A stretch of DNA of 64,000 nt from an uncultured Candidatus Saccharibacteria bacterium (GCA_964487045.1 CAZAOT010000003.1:136983-200982); one strand, 5' to 3'; positions 12,761 to 23,417 are shown, numbered from the stretch's first letter. Notes: generated by a model from the sequence alone, not told the origin. Translations and numbers: made by a program.

Positions 12761-13420
12761 ATGTTATATATAGTAGCTTCCCCAATTGGAAATCTTTCCG
12801 ATATTTCTTCACGAGCTTTAGAGACTTTAAAATTAGTTGACTATATTGCTTGTGAGGATACGAGGCGAACAGCAAAACTACTTAATCATTATGGCATCTC
12901 AAAAAAGATGGTTTCGCTTCATCAGCACACAAGTAACTATAAGCTCGCCCAAATAGCCGATGATTTGGATTCTGGCTTGGATATCGCTTACCTATCTGAT
13001 GGTGGAACTCCAAATCTTTCTGACCCGGGAGCGAAATTAAATGAGCTTGCTCTCGCAAAAGGGGTTCGAGTAGTACCGATTCCAGGTCCAAGCCCACTTT
13101 TGGCGCTTATATCTGTTGCTTCATTTGCTTGTTCTGATTTCAGATTTATTGGTTTTTTCCCAAAGAAGAAGGGGAGGGAGACCATGGCAAAGCAGATGGC
13201 TTTATCTAAACCCCCAATTTTCTTCTTTGAGTCACCTAATCGTATAATGAAAACCATTTCCCTTCTTCGTGAGAAAGCTCCCAATAAGAAACTCTTGGTT
13301 GGGCGTGAGCTAACGAAGGTTTTTGAGCAAATTATAGTACTTGATTTATCGGAAAATAATGTTGATAATATAGTTAACATACCTGAAAAAGGGGAGTTTG
13401 TCTTAGCAATATTTGAATAG
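12761..13420 (+). CDS. rsmI: 16S rRNA (cytidine1402-2'-O)-methyltransferase
   Basis: LYIVASPIGNL, CEDTRRT, SDGGTPNLSDPG, FESPNR, RELTK. Confidence 0.95.
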   Translation: MLYIVASPIGNLSDISSRALETLKLVDYIACEDTRRTAKLLNHYGISKKMVSLHQHTSNYKLAQIADDLDSGLDIAYLSDGGTPNLSDPGAKLNELALAKGVRVVPIPGPSPLLALISVASFACSDFRFIGFFPKKKGRETMAKQMALSKPPIFFFESPNRIMKTISLLREKAPNKKLLVGRELTKVFEQIIVLDLSENNVDNIVNIPEKGEFVLAIFE

Positions 13421-13480
13421 GTATTGCAAAGGCATTTAGCAATTAGCTATAATTGATATGTTTATAGATTAAGGAGGGCC

Positions 13481-16400
13481 ATGAAGAGAAAGTTCTCTAT
13501 TCAAAAAGGTTTTGTTTATGGTGTGACTGCAATCGCAGTGCTTGCTGTCGCCGTCGGACTTGTAGTAAGGTTTTCATCAGTCTCAGCCGATATAGCTGCT
13601 GATTCTAATGCGGACGCGGTATCGGAGTGTTATCAGAGCTATACCTCATGGCCATATAATGTCAGCAACAGATGCTATGAAACAATGGCTGCGGCTTGCA
13701 CTAGAACTGAAAGACTAGCAACTAAGACCCAAGCGACACCTACCACTGAAGAAAAAAGGGTCTATGGTGACAAGGTTCAGGCGTGGGATGTAGGCATTAA
13801 TAACGGAAATAGAAATGCAAAATTCCGACTATTGATAAATGCAAAACGAACCGGAACCACTGGCCCGGTCAGGTTTGATTTTGCTTTGCAGCCGACCATG
13901 ACCAATTGGGGCGGTAATTCAGATAGAATTTATATTATCTTTGGTGACGGCCTTGGCTATAAAAAAACATATAATTATATCGCGAAAAACACGGTTTGGT
14001 CGTCTTATATAAATAAAGAAATTTCGACTGGAAGTGTTAATATAATGTTCAGAGGAAAGAATGAAGATGGATGTATAAAGAGCGTTCTGAACATTTCTCA
14101 AGCTTTGGCTACCCCTACCCCGTCTCCTTCTCCTTCAGTAAGTCCTTCGCCAAGCCCATCTCCTTCCTCAACACCAACTCCTGATCCAAATTTACTTAGT
14201 GGTTTGAAGGGTTGTTATTATAATGGCAAGACCTTTGGTTCATTGCAGACCAACCGAAATGAAAATCTGAACTTCATCTGGGGTTCTGGTCCGGCTACTA
14301 CTAAAACAACTGCTGATAATTTCGCAGTACGATGGGAAGGTTATATCATTCCTAAATATACTGAAGCCTATACATTTAAGCTGAACTATGATGATGGCGC
14401 TAGAATTTGGATTGGTGGCAATCAATACATTAACGATTGGAATAATGGCAATACCAGAAGTAAGACTTCCCCGGCCATTTCGATGCAAGCAGGTGTGGCC
14501 GTACCGATCAAGATAGAGTATTTCGATAATACTGGTAATGCTGAGGCTCAACTTTCGTGGAAGAGTGCGCAACAAGCCGAGCAAGTGATTCCTGCCAGTA
14601 ACTTAAAGCACCATAAGGACTATATTTGTGCTGCAGGTTCTCAAACTTCAACTCCAACCCCAAGTCCATCACCCTCCAGAACTCCTTCGGTGACAACATC
14701 AAGTCTTGCTTCGGTAGTCCCGATCTTCTCAGCTACACTAGGCACAGCTGCAAGCTCAGATGGCAAAGGAGTAACTTTTACAGGTACTATTAATCCTATT
14801 GTTACTGGCTCAATACCAAATACAAATTACACCTTCTGGTGGAATTGTAACTCAGCAAAGACAACATATAGTACTATATATGCAGAATGCGGAGCTCCAG
14901 AGACCGTAGGTGTATCTCCTACCACTGATATGAAGGCGAATGGACGAAGGTTTTTGAACCTGAATGTTAATTCCAAATCGGCGACACGTAATTTCTCGAC
15001 TGCCATAAGAGGCAATACAGCACTTCTGTTGATCGAGAGAAATGGCAAGACGGCTGTGGCAAAATCAGTCTATAACTTCACGCCTGCTCTTCCATCGCAA
15101 ACCCCTGTAATCAGTGTTGCTCCAAGCGTTGCGCCAAGTCCAAGCATTGCGCCTCCTACAAGAACTCCAGTCCCAGCACTCTCGGTTAACCCAGTAGTTA
15201 GTATTGATACAACAAAGCTCAGAGATGGTCTCAAGGCTGATTACTTCAAAGGAACTGATCTAAAGGATGAGAATTTGACAACAACCAAGCTCGAGAAGAA
15301 CATCAACTTCAACTGGGGTGGGGTGGCACCAGCGACCGGAGTACCTGCAAGCGGTTTCTCCACCAGATTTACATCAAAAGTACTAGCTCCAGCAACAGGT
15401 GATTACTCAATCGGATTTAATCACAACGATGGCGTGAGGGTCTGGCTTGGTGGAAGATTGATAATTGATCAATGGAAGGATTGGGATGCTACCAAGTGTG
15501 CAGCCGATACTTCAAAGTGTGTTCTGGATGCTCAGGTATACAAAGCATCAGCTAAGGTGCGCCTTGAGCAGGGTAAGTACTATGATCTTAAGGTTGAGCA
15601 TTATGATAAGAATGGAAGAGCAGTCCTAAAGATGTTCTGGAAGAGGCCATCCTCAACTACTGGTGAAGTTGTAAGTCAGAGTGTTTTCTTCACTCCATAT
15701 AACCCAAATCCTCCATACGGCGGAGGAACTGGATTGATGGGAAGTTATTATGCAACCGCGAACTTAACAGATCTAAAGATGCGAAGAACAGATAGAGTAG
15801 TAAATTTCAACTGGGGTGCTAACGGACCTGCAACTCAGTGGAAAGACAAGTTCTCGGCTAGATGGGAAGGTTTTGTGCAGCCTCGATTTACCGAAAAATA
15901 CACTTTCATAGTTCAGGTAAATGATGGTGCGAGACTCTGGATCGATGGGAAGCAAGTTATCAACAAGTGGACTGACTCTGCAACAACAGCAACTTATACT
16001 GCCGATGTGAGCTTAACTGCCGGTAAGAAATATCCAATAAAGCTTGAAATGTACGAAAATACAGGAGATGCAGTGGTTATACTCAGATGGAAGAGCGCTA
16101 GTGAAAAAATAAATGATGTTCCAGCGGCTGCACTGTTCCCAATTGCAGTCCCAACTCCATCACCAACTCCTTCAAGAACAGTGAGTACAATCCCATCTAT
16201 CACTCCTTCTAGAACGGCATCAGTTGTACCGTCACCATCACCATCACCATCGCCATCCCTCTCCCCTGTTGACCATATTACTAAAACCTTCCAGCCAGGA
16301 TTCACCGGTATCTACATCCCTGACGCTGAGAAGCCACAGTTTACAAGCGCGTTAGCTGAGAAAGGATTGAGTCTCTACCAATATGGTCCGCTAGTCTATG

Positions 16401-16873
16401 ACAACAGCACACCTCCTAGAAAGACTTGGCTGACGGCAATCAATGTGTTCAATCATAAGATCGGATACTACGTTAAGAACCCAGGTACAAATGCAGTGAC
16501 TGTTGATCTACGATTTGACACACAACCTGAGGAAGCAGCTGATATGATGGTGTACAAGGGTTGGAACTTGCTTGCTAATTCCTCAACTACAGACAAGAAG
16601 CTTTCCGATCTAGTGTACGAGAAGAGAATCTGTACTGACGAGAGCGCTTCTGCTGGATGTGATGGCTACTCTGCAACCGTAAACTTCGGCAATCTCTCGT
16701 ATGGTTGGAAGGGTCAAGGAAAAGCTGCATATACTATTATTCATGAACTAAATGATCCTAGGGCAACCGATCAGACAGAAGAGCCATTCAAAGATATAAA
16801 TGTTAATTACGAAGGAATCGACAACGTAAAAATTTCCGCTGGTAAACTCTTCTGGATCTACTTCTTCGACTAA
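13481..16873 (+). CDS. Large exported protein with three PA14 domains and Pro/Ser/Thr linkers
   Basis: N-terminal TM; three GL.G.Y...NF.WG...F..RW.G...DG.R.W PA14 units. Confidence 0.85.
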   Translation: MKRKFSIQKGFVYGVTAIAVLAVAVGLVVRFSSVSADIAADSNADAVSECYQSYTSWPYNVSNRCYETMAAACTRTERLATKTQATPTTEEKRVYGDKVQAWDVGINNGNRNAKFRLLINAKRTGTTGPVRFDFALQPTMTNWGGNSDRIYIIFGDGLGYKKTYNYIAKNTVWSSYINKEISTGSVNIMFRGKNEDGCIKSVLNISQALATPTPSPSPSVSPSPSPSPSSTPTPDPNLLSGLKGCYYNGKTFGSLQTNRNENLNFIWGSGPATTKTTADNFAVRWEGYIIPKYTEAYTFKLNYDDGARIWIGGNQYINDWNNGNTRSKTSPAISMQAGVAVPIKIEYFDNTGNAEAQLSWKSAQQAEQVIPASNLKHHKDYICAAGSQTSTPTPSPSPSRTPSVTTSSLASVVPIFSATLGTAASSDGKGVTFTGTINPIVTGSIPNTNYTFWWNCNSAKTTYSTIYAECGAPETVGVSPTTDMKANGRRFLNLNVNSKSATRNFSTAIRGNTALLLIERNGKTAVAKSVYNFTPALPSQTPVISVAPSVAPSPSIAPPTRTPVPALSVNPVVSIDTTKLRDGLKADYFKGTDLKDENLTTTKLEKNINFNWGGVAPATGVPASGFSTRFTSKVLAPATGDYSIGFNHNDGVRVWLGGRLIIDQWKDWDATKCAADTSKCVLDAQVYKASAKVRLEQGKYYDLKVEHYDKNGRAVLKMFWKRPSSTTGEVVSQSVFFTPYNPNPPYGGGTGLMGSYYATANLTDLKMRRTDRVVNFNWGANGPATQWKDKFSARWEGFVQPRFTEKYTFIVQVNDGARLWIDGKQVINKWTDSATTATYTADVSLTAGKKYPIKLEMYENTGDAVVILRWKSASEKINDVPAAALFPIAVPTPSPTPSRTVSTIPSITPSRTASVVPSPSPSPSPSLSPVDHITKTFQPGFTGIYIPDAEKPQFTSALAEKGLSLYQYGPLVYDNSTPPRKTWLTAINVFNHKIGYYVKNPGTNAVTVDLRFDTQPEEAADMMVYKGWNLLANSSTTDKKLSDLVYEKRICTDESASAGCDGYSATVNFGNLSYGWKGQGKAAYTIIHELNDPRATDQTEEPFKDINVNYEGIDNVKISAGKLFWIYFFD

Positions 16874-16892
16874 GCTCTAAGGAAGGTATCAA

Positions 16893-18365
16893 TTGGGCAG
16901 AAACTCAGCAAATATTCTAGCTTTAGGTTGGCTGATTACGCTGCTCGGCGTGGTAGGTCTAGGGTTGACTTTAACCCTAGACCTATCTTCGTCAAAGGTG
17001 AGTAGTGGCTATTCATCTGGCAAATGCGTAACCGGAAAGTCATTCTATAAGAGATCCGATTTAACTAAGATTGAGAAAGAGCAATTTTCTTCTAATGCAT
17101 CTGGCTATGAAATAATCGGTACGAGCGGTGTAAAATATCGCTTAATTCTTGACTACCGCGTCAATGGTGCTTCTAGGGACCGATTGCAAACAAGAACATT
17201 TATTTCTTCAGACAACTTTCCTTCGCCTTTAAAATTAAAATTACTTATTAATAGTGCAATAGTTAGCCAGTCAGACATTAGTAGCAACACACCTTATTAC
17301 TATTTTGCAAAAGAATTTCCCTTAGAAGCAAAAAAAATTGCCTATGCAGCATCTCTTTATATCGGCGAAAATTGCGAATTTTCATCGGATGAACTTGTAT
17401 CGATCGATGAATTGTACGAATATGGCCAGAAGGTAGACAATTGGCCTGAAAATGCCGACATTCTTGCAAATTTCAAAAATCAGAATATTAGCCTTGTCAC
17501 AGGAGAGAATCTTGTCAGTTTCGATGATTGGACATACTTAGCGGGGCTCATCGATCGCGGTATAGAAATAAACTATTTTTCGCCCCGAGCGAATAAATGG
17601 CTGAAAATGTCAAAGAAAAACGCAATTGCTTATCCTGGGCGTATTTATAAACTTAAAAATTCATCTAGCTCTACTTTGACATTTAAAACCCCTAGCTTCA
17701 GAGTGCCTGATGATCTGAATTCCCAGGCTCTAGAACAAGGATGGAATCTTATGAATCTTAAAGGACAGAGTCCAAATGATAATAAATTTTATCTTAATCC
17801 TGATCCAATCAACCTTATTAGTGAAAAGCAGAAAACACTTAGTGAATTGATTAGCAGCAAGCTAATCACGGCTATTTTTAAGCAAGATAATGATAACCAA
17901 GATAATGTCTCTCTCGAGGAAAGTCAGACTAAGATTAAACAAGGAAAATACTGGCTTAAGCTCACCAGTGAGGCCGATACTAGCTTCAAGATGCCAAACC
18001 TAATTCTTAATATTGAAGGATCGGGTAATAGTTTTTCCTCAAATCAAGTTCCACTAAAATTGACTGTTGAAAATAAGGACTCAGCCAGCCATTTTGTTGT
18101 CTCTTCTGACGTGCTTGATCCTTGTCAAATCGGCATAAAAGTCAAAGATAATAGGGGTAAAATTGTCTATGATAGTTTTTCCTCTAGGGTCTGTCCTCTC
18201 TGGCCAAATATGGAAGAGCTTAAAGTTAACGAAAAAAAGGAATATAATTATCTATGGGAGGCGCCAAAAGGTATTAAGGGCGATTATACCCTGGAGGCTT
18301 ATTTCAATTATTCTCGTCTTCCAGGCAATAAAATAATCAAAAAATCGTCCCTAACATTCAAATGA
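16893..18365 (+). CDS. Exported protein with C-terminal Ig-like (BsuPI-like) domain
   Basis: N-terminal TM, GWNL motif, LKLTVEN...YLWE...GDYTLEAYF. Confidence 0.6.
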   Translation: MGRNSANILALGWLITLLGVVGLGLTLTLDLSSSKVSSGYSSGKCVTGKSFYKRSDLTKIEKEQFSSNASGYEIIGTSGVKYRLILDYRVNGASRDRLQTRTFISSDNFPSPLKLKLLINSAIVSQSDISSNTPYYYFAKEFPLEAKKIAYAASLYIGENCEFSSDELVSIDELYEYGQKVDNWPENADILANFKNQNISLVTGENLVSFDDWTYLAGLIDRGIEINYFSPRANKWLKMSKKNAIAYPGRIYKLKNSSSSTLTFKTPSFRVPDDLNSQALEQGWNLMNLKGQSPNDNKFYLNPDPINLISEKQKTLSELISSKLITAIFKQDNDNQDNVSLEESQTKIKQGKYWLKLTSEADTSFKMPNLILNIEGSGNSFSSNQVPLKLTVENKDSASHFVVSSDVLDPCQIGIKVKDNRGKIVYDSFSSRVCPLWPNMEELKVNEKKEYNYLWEAPKGIKGDYTLEAYFNYSRLPGNKIIKKSSLTFK

Positions 18366-18742
18366 AAAGAAAATCAAGGTTTAATTCATTCTATGCGGTA
18401 GTTTTTCTCGGAGTATTAGTTTTAGTGGTCTACTTTGTTGCTAGAAGTTTTCTAATATCGGCCGATCAATCAGACTCCTTCTATTACGCTAATCCGTTAA
18501 AAGTCGGTGACAATCAATTTATAACAACTAAGGCGATCGATTTATCTCAAAGGATAATTGGTATTAATGGGAGTTTGATTACAGTTGACGAAGCTAAAAG
18601 AAGAGGGGTGATAGAGGGGATTTTTAGTGAAGATGGTGGTGAATTTAGCTCAAATAGCTTGCTTGTTGATAATTCATCTTTTATAATAAAAGTACGCGAT
18701 ATTAGTGTGTCTCCAGCATTATTTTTGGAGGGGATAAGGTGA
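18362..18742 (+). CDS. Small exported hypothetical protein
   Basis: N-terminal TM + ISAD motif; ATGA coupling. Confidence 0.6.
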   Translation: MKRKSRFNSFYAVVFLGVLVLVVYFVARSFLISADQSDSFYYANPLKVGDNQFITTKAIDLSQRIIGINGSLITVDEAKRRGVIEGIFSEDGGEFSSNSLLVDNSSFIIKVRDISVSPALFLEGIR

Positions 18743-19785
18743 ATAACGAAAAATTAGAAACCGGAGTTTCAGGGAAGAAGAATACTTCCAAAGTTTTGTT
18801 TATAGTTCTTGGGCTATTAGTGCTTGGTATTATTTCGCTTTTTGCTGGAGCCAAAATCTTCTCCAGACTGTCTATTTCGGCAGATACTTTGCCACCGATT
18901 CCTGGTGATCCGTTGAGTGAAGCATCGACTACGAGTACTCCAAGCTCAACAGCTGTGGCATCTTCTACCACTTCTCGTACCTCAACAGCAACTACTACGG
19001 TGAGCGTTTCTGGAACTTCTACTCCTCCAGGACCAGGAGACCCAACAGGACCCCCAATAAATCTCACTATTAAGGCTGGCTGGAGTATGATTTCTGGAAC
19101 AACATTATTCAACTTCGATGTCTCACCAATCACTCAAAAAGGAATTTACTTCTATTCTTACAATGATCCATATTTATCAAATAGAAACTGGATTGTTTCC
19201 TCACCCACATGTGCATCTCAGACTGACTTTTTCTGTACCTCTTTAAACCAGAAGTTCTCTCCGCTTCCCTATACAGGTTATTTTATCTATAATCCTGGCT
19301 CTCAGGTGACCGTTACCCTAAATCAAGTCAGCAGACTGACCCTGAGTCCTGACAATGCTATTTATGGCCGTGGATGGCACCTGGTGCAATGGACTGGCTC
19401 TGCGGCTACAAAGGCAGAGTTAATGAAACTCGCATCGGTGTACTATAGTAGTCAGCAAGCCGGCGCGAATAGTGTGAGCTCTAGTAGTTTCGAAAATTTA
19501 GCCAAGGAAGAGTCTCACCAGATCAGCAATAAGATATATGTTGTCCTTGACTCGTCGAGCATTTCATCCTCAACCGTTAAAGAACTCTCCGATACAGATT
19601 CATCAACAACAATAAGCAAGATTCCACAAAATAGTTATTTCTGGGTTTATTTGCGAAGAACCAAAGATAGGGCAAATAAGATAGTTGTTCCATATTCTGT
19701 AAGTGACTTTTTCCCGCCATCCTTACCTAACCAACCTGCTATAAATAACAATATATTACCTCCGGTTCCCCCCACTCCAAATTAA
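18739..19785 (+). CDS. Exported Ser/Thr/Pro-rich hypothetical protein
   Basis: N-terminal TM + ISAD; GWSM/GWHL and YFWVY motifs shared with neighbours. Confidence 0.6.
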   Translation: MNNEKLETGVSGKKNTSKVLFIVLGLLVLGIISLFAGAKIFSRLSISADTLPPIPGDPLSEASTTSTPSSTAVASSTTSRTSTATTTVSVSGTSTPPGPGDPTGPPINLTIKAGWSMISGTTLFNFDVSPITQKGIYFYSYNDPYLSNRNWIVSSPTCASQTDFFCTSLNQKFSPLPYTGYFIYNPGSQVTVTLNQVSRLTLSPDNAIYGRGWHLVQWTGSAATKAELMKLASVYYSSQQAGANSVSSSSFENLAKEESHQISNKIYVVLDSSSISSSTVKELSDTDSSTTISKIPQNSYFWVYLRRTKDRANKIVVPYSVSDFFPPSLPNQPAINNNILPPVPPTPN

Positions 19786-20567
19786 TGGATCTAATCGACA
19801 CTCACTGCCATCTTAACTTCAAGGCTTTTGACGCTGATTTCTTGGAGGTTGCTGAGCAATCTAGGCAAAAAGGAGTTAAGAAGCTTATACTTGTTGGTTC
19901 CGATCCAAAGACATCCCTAGAAGCACTAGAGAGGGCTAAGGAAATAAATGTAGTTCTACCCGAATTTGCATGCTCAGCAGTAGGAATTCACGCCATCCAC
20001 ACCGATAGGGTTGATTTTGCATCAATTGAAAAATTAGCCACCGACCCATTGGTGATTGCGATTGGAGAAAGCGGATTAGATTTCTTTCACGATAAGGAGC
20101 GCAAAACAGAAGAAAAGCAGATAGATCTCTTTAAGAGGCATATTGAGTTAGCGATAAGCTTAGATAAACCACTGATTATTCATAATCGCCAAGCAGACGA
20201 AAGAGTTCGTGAGATAATCGATCAGTATCCAGAACTTAAAAAAGCCGTTCTGCATTGCTTCGGAGCCGACCATAATATGGCCTCTTGGGCCGTCGAAAAA
20301 GGTTTTTATTTATCTTTTACCGGCAATATTACTTATGGCAATAAAAAGATCAAAAAAGCGATAGAGCGCACGCCAATAGAGCGGATTATGGTAGAAACTG
20401 ATGCGCCGTACAACGTTCCTGAACCTTTGAGAAGTGAGGGCGTTACTAAATGCGAGCCTTACATGGCAGAGGAAGTAATTAAGAAGATTGCTTTGGTTAA
20501 GAACATCGATTTTGAAGAAGCTGGTAAGCAGATCCATAAGAACTCAATAGATTTCTTTAATTTATAA
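19785..20567 (+). CDS. tatD: TatD-family DNase
   Basis: DTHCHL, IGESGLD, IIHNR, LHCF, ETDAPY. Confidence 0.95.
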   Translation: MDLIDTHCHLNFKAFDADFLEVAEQSRQKGVKKLILVGSDPKTSLEALERAKEINVVLPEFACSAVGIHAIHTDRVDFASIEKLATDPLVIAIGESGLDFFHDKERKTEEKQIDLFKRHIELAISLDKPLIIHNRQADERVREIIDQYPELKKAVLHCFGADHNMASWAVEKGFYLSFTGNITYGNKKIKKAIERTPIERIMVETDAPYNVPEPLRSEGVTKCEPYMAEEVIKKIALVKNIDFEEAGKQIHKNSIDFFNL

Positions 20568-20657
20568 AAAGAAACAGCACGAAATTAAGATCTAGGGTAT
20601 TAAGATTGCAAAAGATTTTTAAATTTTTTTATATTGCTAATATTTTAATACTTACCC

Positions 20658-20693
20658 TTGACTTTTTGGAAATGTTATGTACAATGTTATGTA
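20658..20693 (+). promoter_or_regulatory. Sigma70 promoter (TTGACT-16-TACAAT) overlapped by tandem AATGTTATGTA direct repeats
   Basis: Repeats at 20671-20681 and 20683-20693. Confidence 0.6.
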
Positions 20694-20730
20694 AGCCTGT
20701 GTAAATACAGGTTCAACTAACAAATTGCTT

Positions 20731-20943
20731 ATGAAAACCATCAATATCAATCAACTTCAGTCGCAAGTGTCAAGAATTATGAAGGATGTTGAGGGAGGGG
20801 AAAGCTACGAAGTCATGAGATATTCACGGCCAATTGCTGTGATTAGACCAAAAAAAGAAGAAAAAGGCGCCTCTGGATGTGCCGAGTGTCTTCTTAAGAT
20901 CGAAGAATTATCTAACAAAATCGAAAATCTAAAAAATGCCTAA
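20731..20943 (+). CDS. Phd/YefM antitoxin-like DNA-binding protein with C-terminal CxxC
   Basis: MKTININQLQSQVSRIMKDVE.GE.Y.V.RYSRPIAVI pattern; CAEC. Confidence 0.75.
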   Translation: MKTININQLQSQVSRIMKDVEGGESYEVMRYSRPIAVIRPKKEEKGASGCAECLLKIEELSNKIENLKNA

Positions 20944-22081
20944 ACGAAAGATTTATCTAGATTATGCTTCTACCACTCCGGTAGATCCGAGAGTACTTAA
21001 GGCCATGTTGCCTTATTTTTCGCAAAGGTTTGAAAATCCTTCTTCTATTTATTCAAGTGGACTAGAAATTTCAGATGTTCTTGTCAAGGCGCGAAATTCA
21101 GTTGCTCAATTTCTTGGTTGCCTTCCGGAAGAAGTGATTTTTACTTCCGGTGGAACTGAATCGGACAATTTAGCGATTTTCGGATATCTTGAACGATTTG
21201 ATAGCGGACATATTGTAACTTCTGAGATTGAGCATCCAGCCGTTTATGAAGTATTCAAAAAGTTAGAAACCAAAAGATTCAGGGTTACTTATCTTAAACC
21301 AGATAAAAATGGTTTGATCTCTCCTACGGATTTATCAAAGGCGCTTAAAAAAGATACTTTGCTTGTGTCGATTATGTATGCTAACAACGAAATTGGCACA
21401 ATTCAGCCGATCAAGGAATTTGCGAAGGTACTCAGCGATCATAAGGCCATTCTTCACACCGATGCTTGCCAAGCTTCATTGTATTTACCAATGGACGTCA
21501 AAAAACTAGGTGTTGATATGCTTTCTTTAAACGGATCAAAAATATATGCTCCAAAGGGTGTCGGAGTTCTTTATAAAAAGTCTGACTTGAAAATTTCAAG
21601 TCAGATAATTGGTGGTGAGCAGGAAAATAACCTAAGAGCCGGAACCGAGAATGTACCGGCGATTGTCGGGCTGTCAAAGGCTCTCGAGCTAATTTCTTCT
21701 AAAGAATCGGCGCGTGAGCTAAAGCTTCGTGATTATTTAATTAAGAAGCTTAAGAGTAATAAATCAATTTCTTTTAATGGTTCGCTTAATAAGCGCTTAC
21801 CTAATAATATTAATTTTTCAATAAATGGAATCGAGGGAGAATCGGTTTTGCTTGATCTTGATAAACAGGGGATTTTAATCTCAACCGGATCAGCCTGCTC
21901 GAGCAAAAGCTTAAAACCTTCGCGGGTTATTGCTTCAATTAGAGATGAAAAAACTGCTCACGAATCAATCAGGGTAACCTTGGGACGCTTTACCACTAAG
22001 GCAGAACTTGATATATTCATTAGCGCCTTAAACAAAACCATCAAAAGATTTTTAGAAATGAGCCCATATGGCAGAAGTTAA
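20936..22081 (+). CDS. iscS: Cysteine desulfurase
   Basis: YLDYASTTP, FTSGGTESDN, HTDACQ, RAGTEN, STGSACSS. Confidence 0.95.
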   Translation: MPKRKIYLDYASTTPVDPRVLKAMLPYFSQRFENPSSIYSSGLEISDVLVKARNSVAQFLGCLPEEVIFTSGGTESDNLAIFGYLERFDSGHIVTSEIEHPAVYEVFKKLETKRFRVTYLKPDKNGLISPTDLSKALKKDTLLVSIMYANNEIGTIQPIKEFAKVLSDHKAILHTDACQASLYLPMDVKKLGVDMLSLNGSKIYAPKGVGVLYKKSDLKISSQIIGGEQENNLRAGTENVPAIVGLSKALELISSKESARELKLRDYLIKKLKSNKSISFNGSLNKRLPNNINFSINGIEGESVLLDLDKQGILISTGSACSSKSLKPSRVIASIRDEKTAHESIRVTLGRFTTKAELDIFISALNKTIKRFLEMSPYGRS

Positions 22082-22484
22082 AGAAACTACAGGTCAGAAT
22101 TTTATCTATTCTCAGATCGTTGAGGATCACTTTTTTAATCCCAGAAATGTCTTAAAAAGCGAAAAACAAGCCAATAATTTTGATTCAATTGGCGAAATTG
22201 GCTCACCTGCTTGTGGCGATGTGATGAGAGTATATTTAAAAATTGAAGACAATAAAATAGTTGATTTTAAGTGGAAGACTTTTGGCTGTGCCAGCGCTAT
22301 TGCTGCTACTTCGATTCTCTCTGAAATGGCAATAGGGATGAACATCGATGATGCCTACCTTATAACTGCAAACGATATTACTGAAGCTCTAGGCGGCCTA
22401 CCAAAGAGAAAAATCCATTGCTCAGTTCTCGGCGATCAAGCATTAAGGCTTGCAATCGATAATTATAAAAAGTCTAATTCTTAA
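22068..22484 (+). CDS. iscU: Fe-S cluster scaffold IscU/NifU
   Basis: PACGD, FGCASAIA, KIHCSVL. Confidence 0.95.
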   Translation: MAEVKETTGQNFIYSQIVEDHFFNPRNVLKSEKQANNFDSIGEIGSPACGDVMRVYLKIEDNKIVDFKWKTFGCASAIAATSILSEMAIGMNIDDAYLITANDITEALGGLPKRKIHCSVLGDQALRLAIDNYKKSNS

Positions 22485-22526
22485 AGAACTCTTTATACTT
22501 ATCATCTTCTGATTTATACTATAAAG

Positions 22527-23417
22527 GTGATAATTTTTGATTTACTCGTACTTATAATCTTTCTTTCTTGTTATTTAGCAATCAGAAAGAAAAATCAATT
22601 TAATATATTCTCCGGAGCTGTCGCAATTTTGCTTGCAGATGTTGGAGCATCGATGATTGCGAAGCCAATTTTTAATCTCCTTTTAAAAAGTGGTTGGCAA
22701 AGTGAGTCTTATGTTACTGCTCTAATTTATCTAGTAATAATAATTTTACTTTGGGGTTTAATCTACGCGATAATCTCTAGTTTCAATATCAATTTTTCAA
22801 ATAATATTTCAAGGGTTATGGCGCTAGTAAGCGCCCTTCTAATATCTGTTGGGGTTGCCATTGCAGCTTGTTTTATTGCCAGCAATATAACTTCGAGTAG
22901 TAGTAATATTTATACTTGCCGCCTTTGCGCTAAAGCTATAAATTTTTATCTTCCTGAAGATCGTCGAGCGGCATTTGTGCCAGCTAATATGCAGGAAGTT
23001 TATAATTTGCCCAAAGATGCAAAAATAATCTATGAGGATACATCAGCTAAAGCAGAGCTTTTGCAGCTGGTCAATAACGAGAGGCTAAATGACCAAAGGC
23101 CAATACTTGTGGAAGACTTACGTCTAGCTGATTTGGCTCAAAACTATGCGAATTCGATGGTGGGATCATTGCGTTTTTCCCATATAGATGCTAATAATAA
23201 TACTCCGGACGTGAGAGCTAGACTTAGCAATATTGAATATGTCTTTTTAGGAGAGAACTTGGCAATCGCGCCAACGATTAAAATGGCCCACGATTCGCTG
23301 ATGGCTTCTCAGAATCATCGAAGTAATATTCTTTCTTCAAAATTTCAAAAGATAGGAGTCTCCTGCTATATGCTTTCAACCGGGTCATATATAATTGTTG
23401 AGGAATTTTCAAATTGA
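22527..23417 (+). CDS. Membrane (CvpA-like) + CAP/SCP domain protein
   Basis: Four TMs, then LVNNER...FSH...GENLA...LMAS.NHRSNIL...IGV. Confidence 0.8.
   Translation: MIIFDLLVLIIFLSCYLAIRKKNQFNIFSGAVAILLADVGASMIAKPIFNLLLKSGWQSESYVTALIYLVIIILLWGLIYAIISSFNINFSNNISRVMALVSALLISVGVAIAACFIASNITSSSSNIYTCRLCAKAINFYLPEDRRAAFVPANMQEVYNLPKDAKIIYEDTSAKAELLQLVNNERLNDQRPILVEDLRLADLAQNYANSMVGSLRFSHIDANNNTPDVRARLSNIEYVFLGENLAIAPTIKMAHDSLMASQNHRSNILSSKFQKIGVSCYMLSTGSYIIVEEFSN

Noticed and set aside
14110-16265. PSPSP/TPTP tracts in the PA14 protein as DNA repeats
   Set aside because: Ordinary low-complexity linkers with varied codons.
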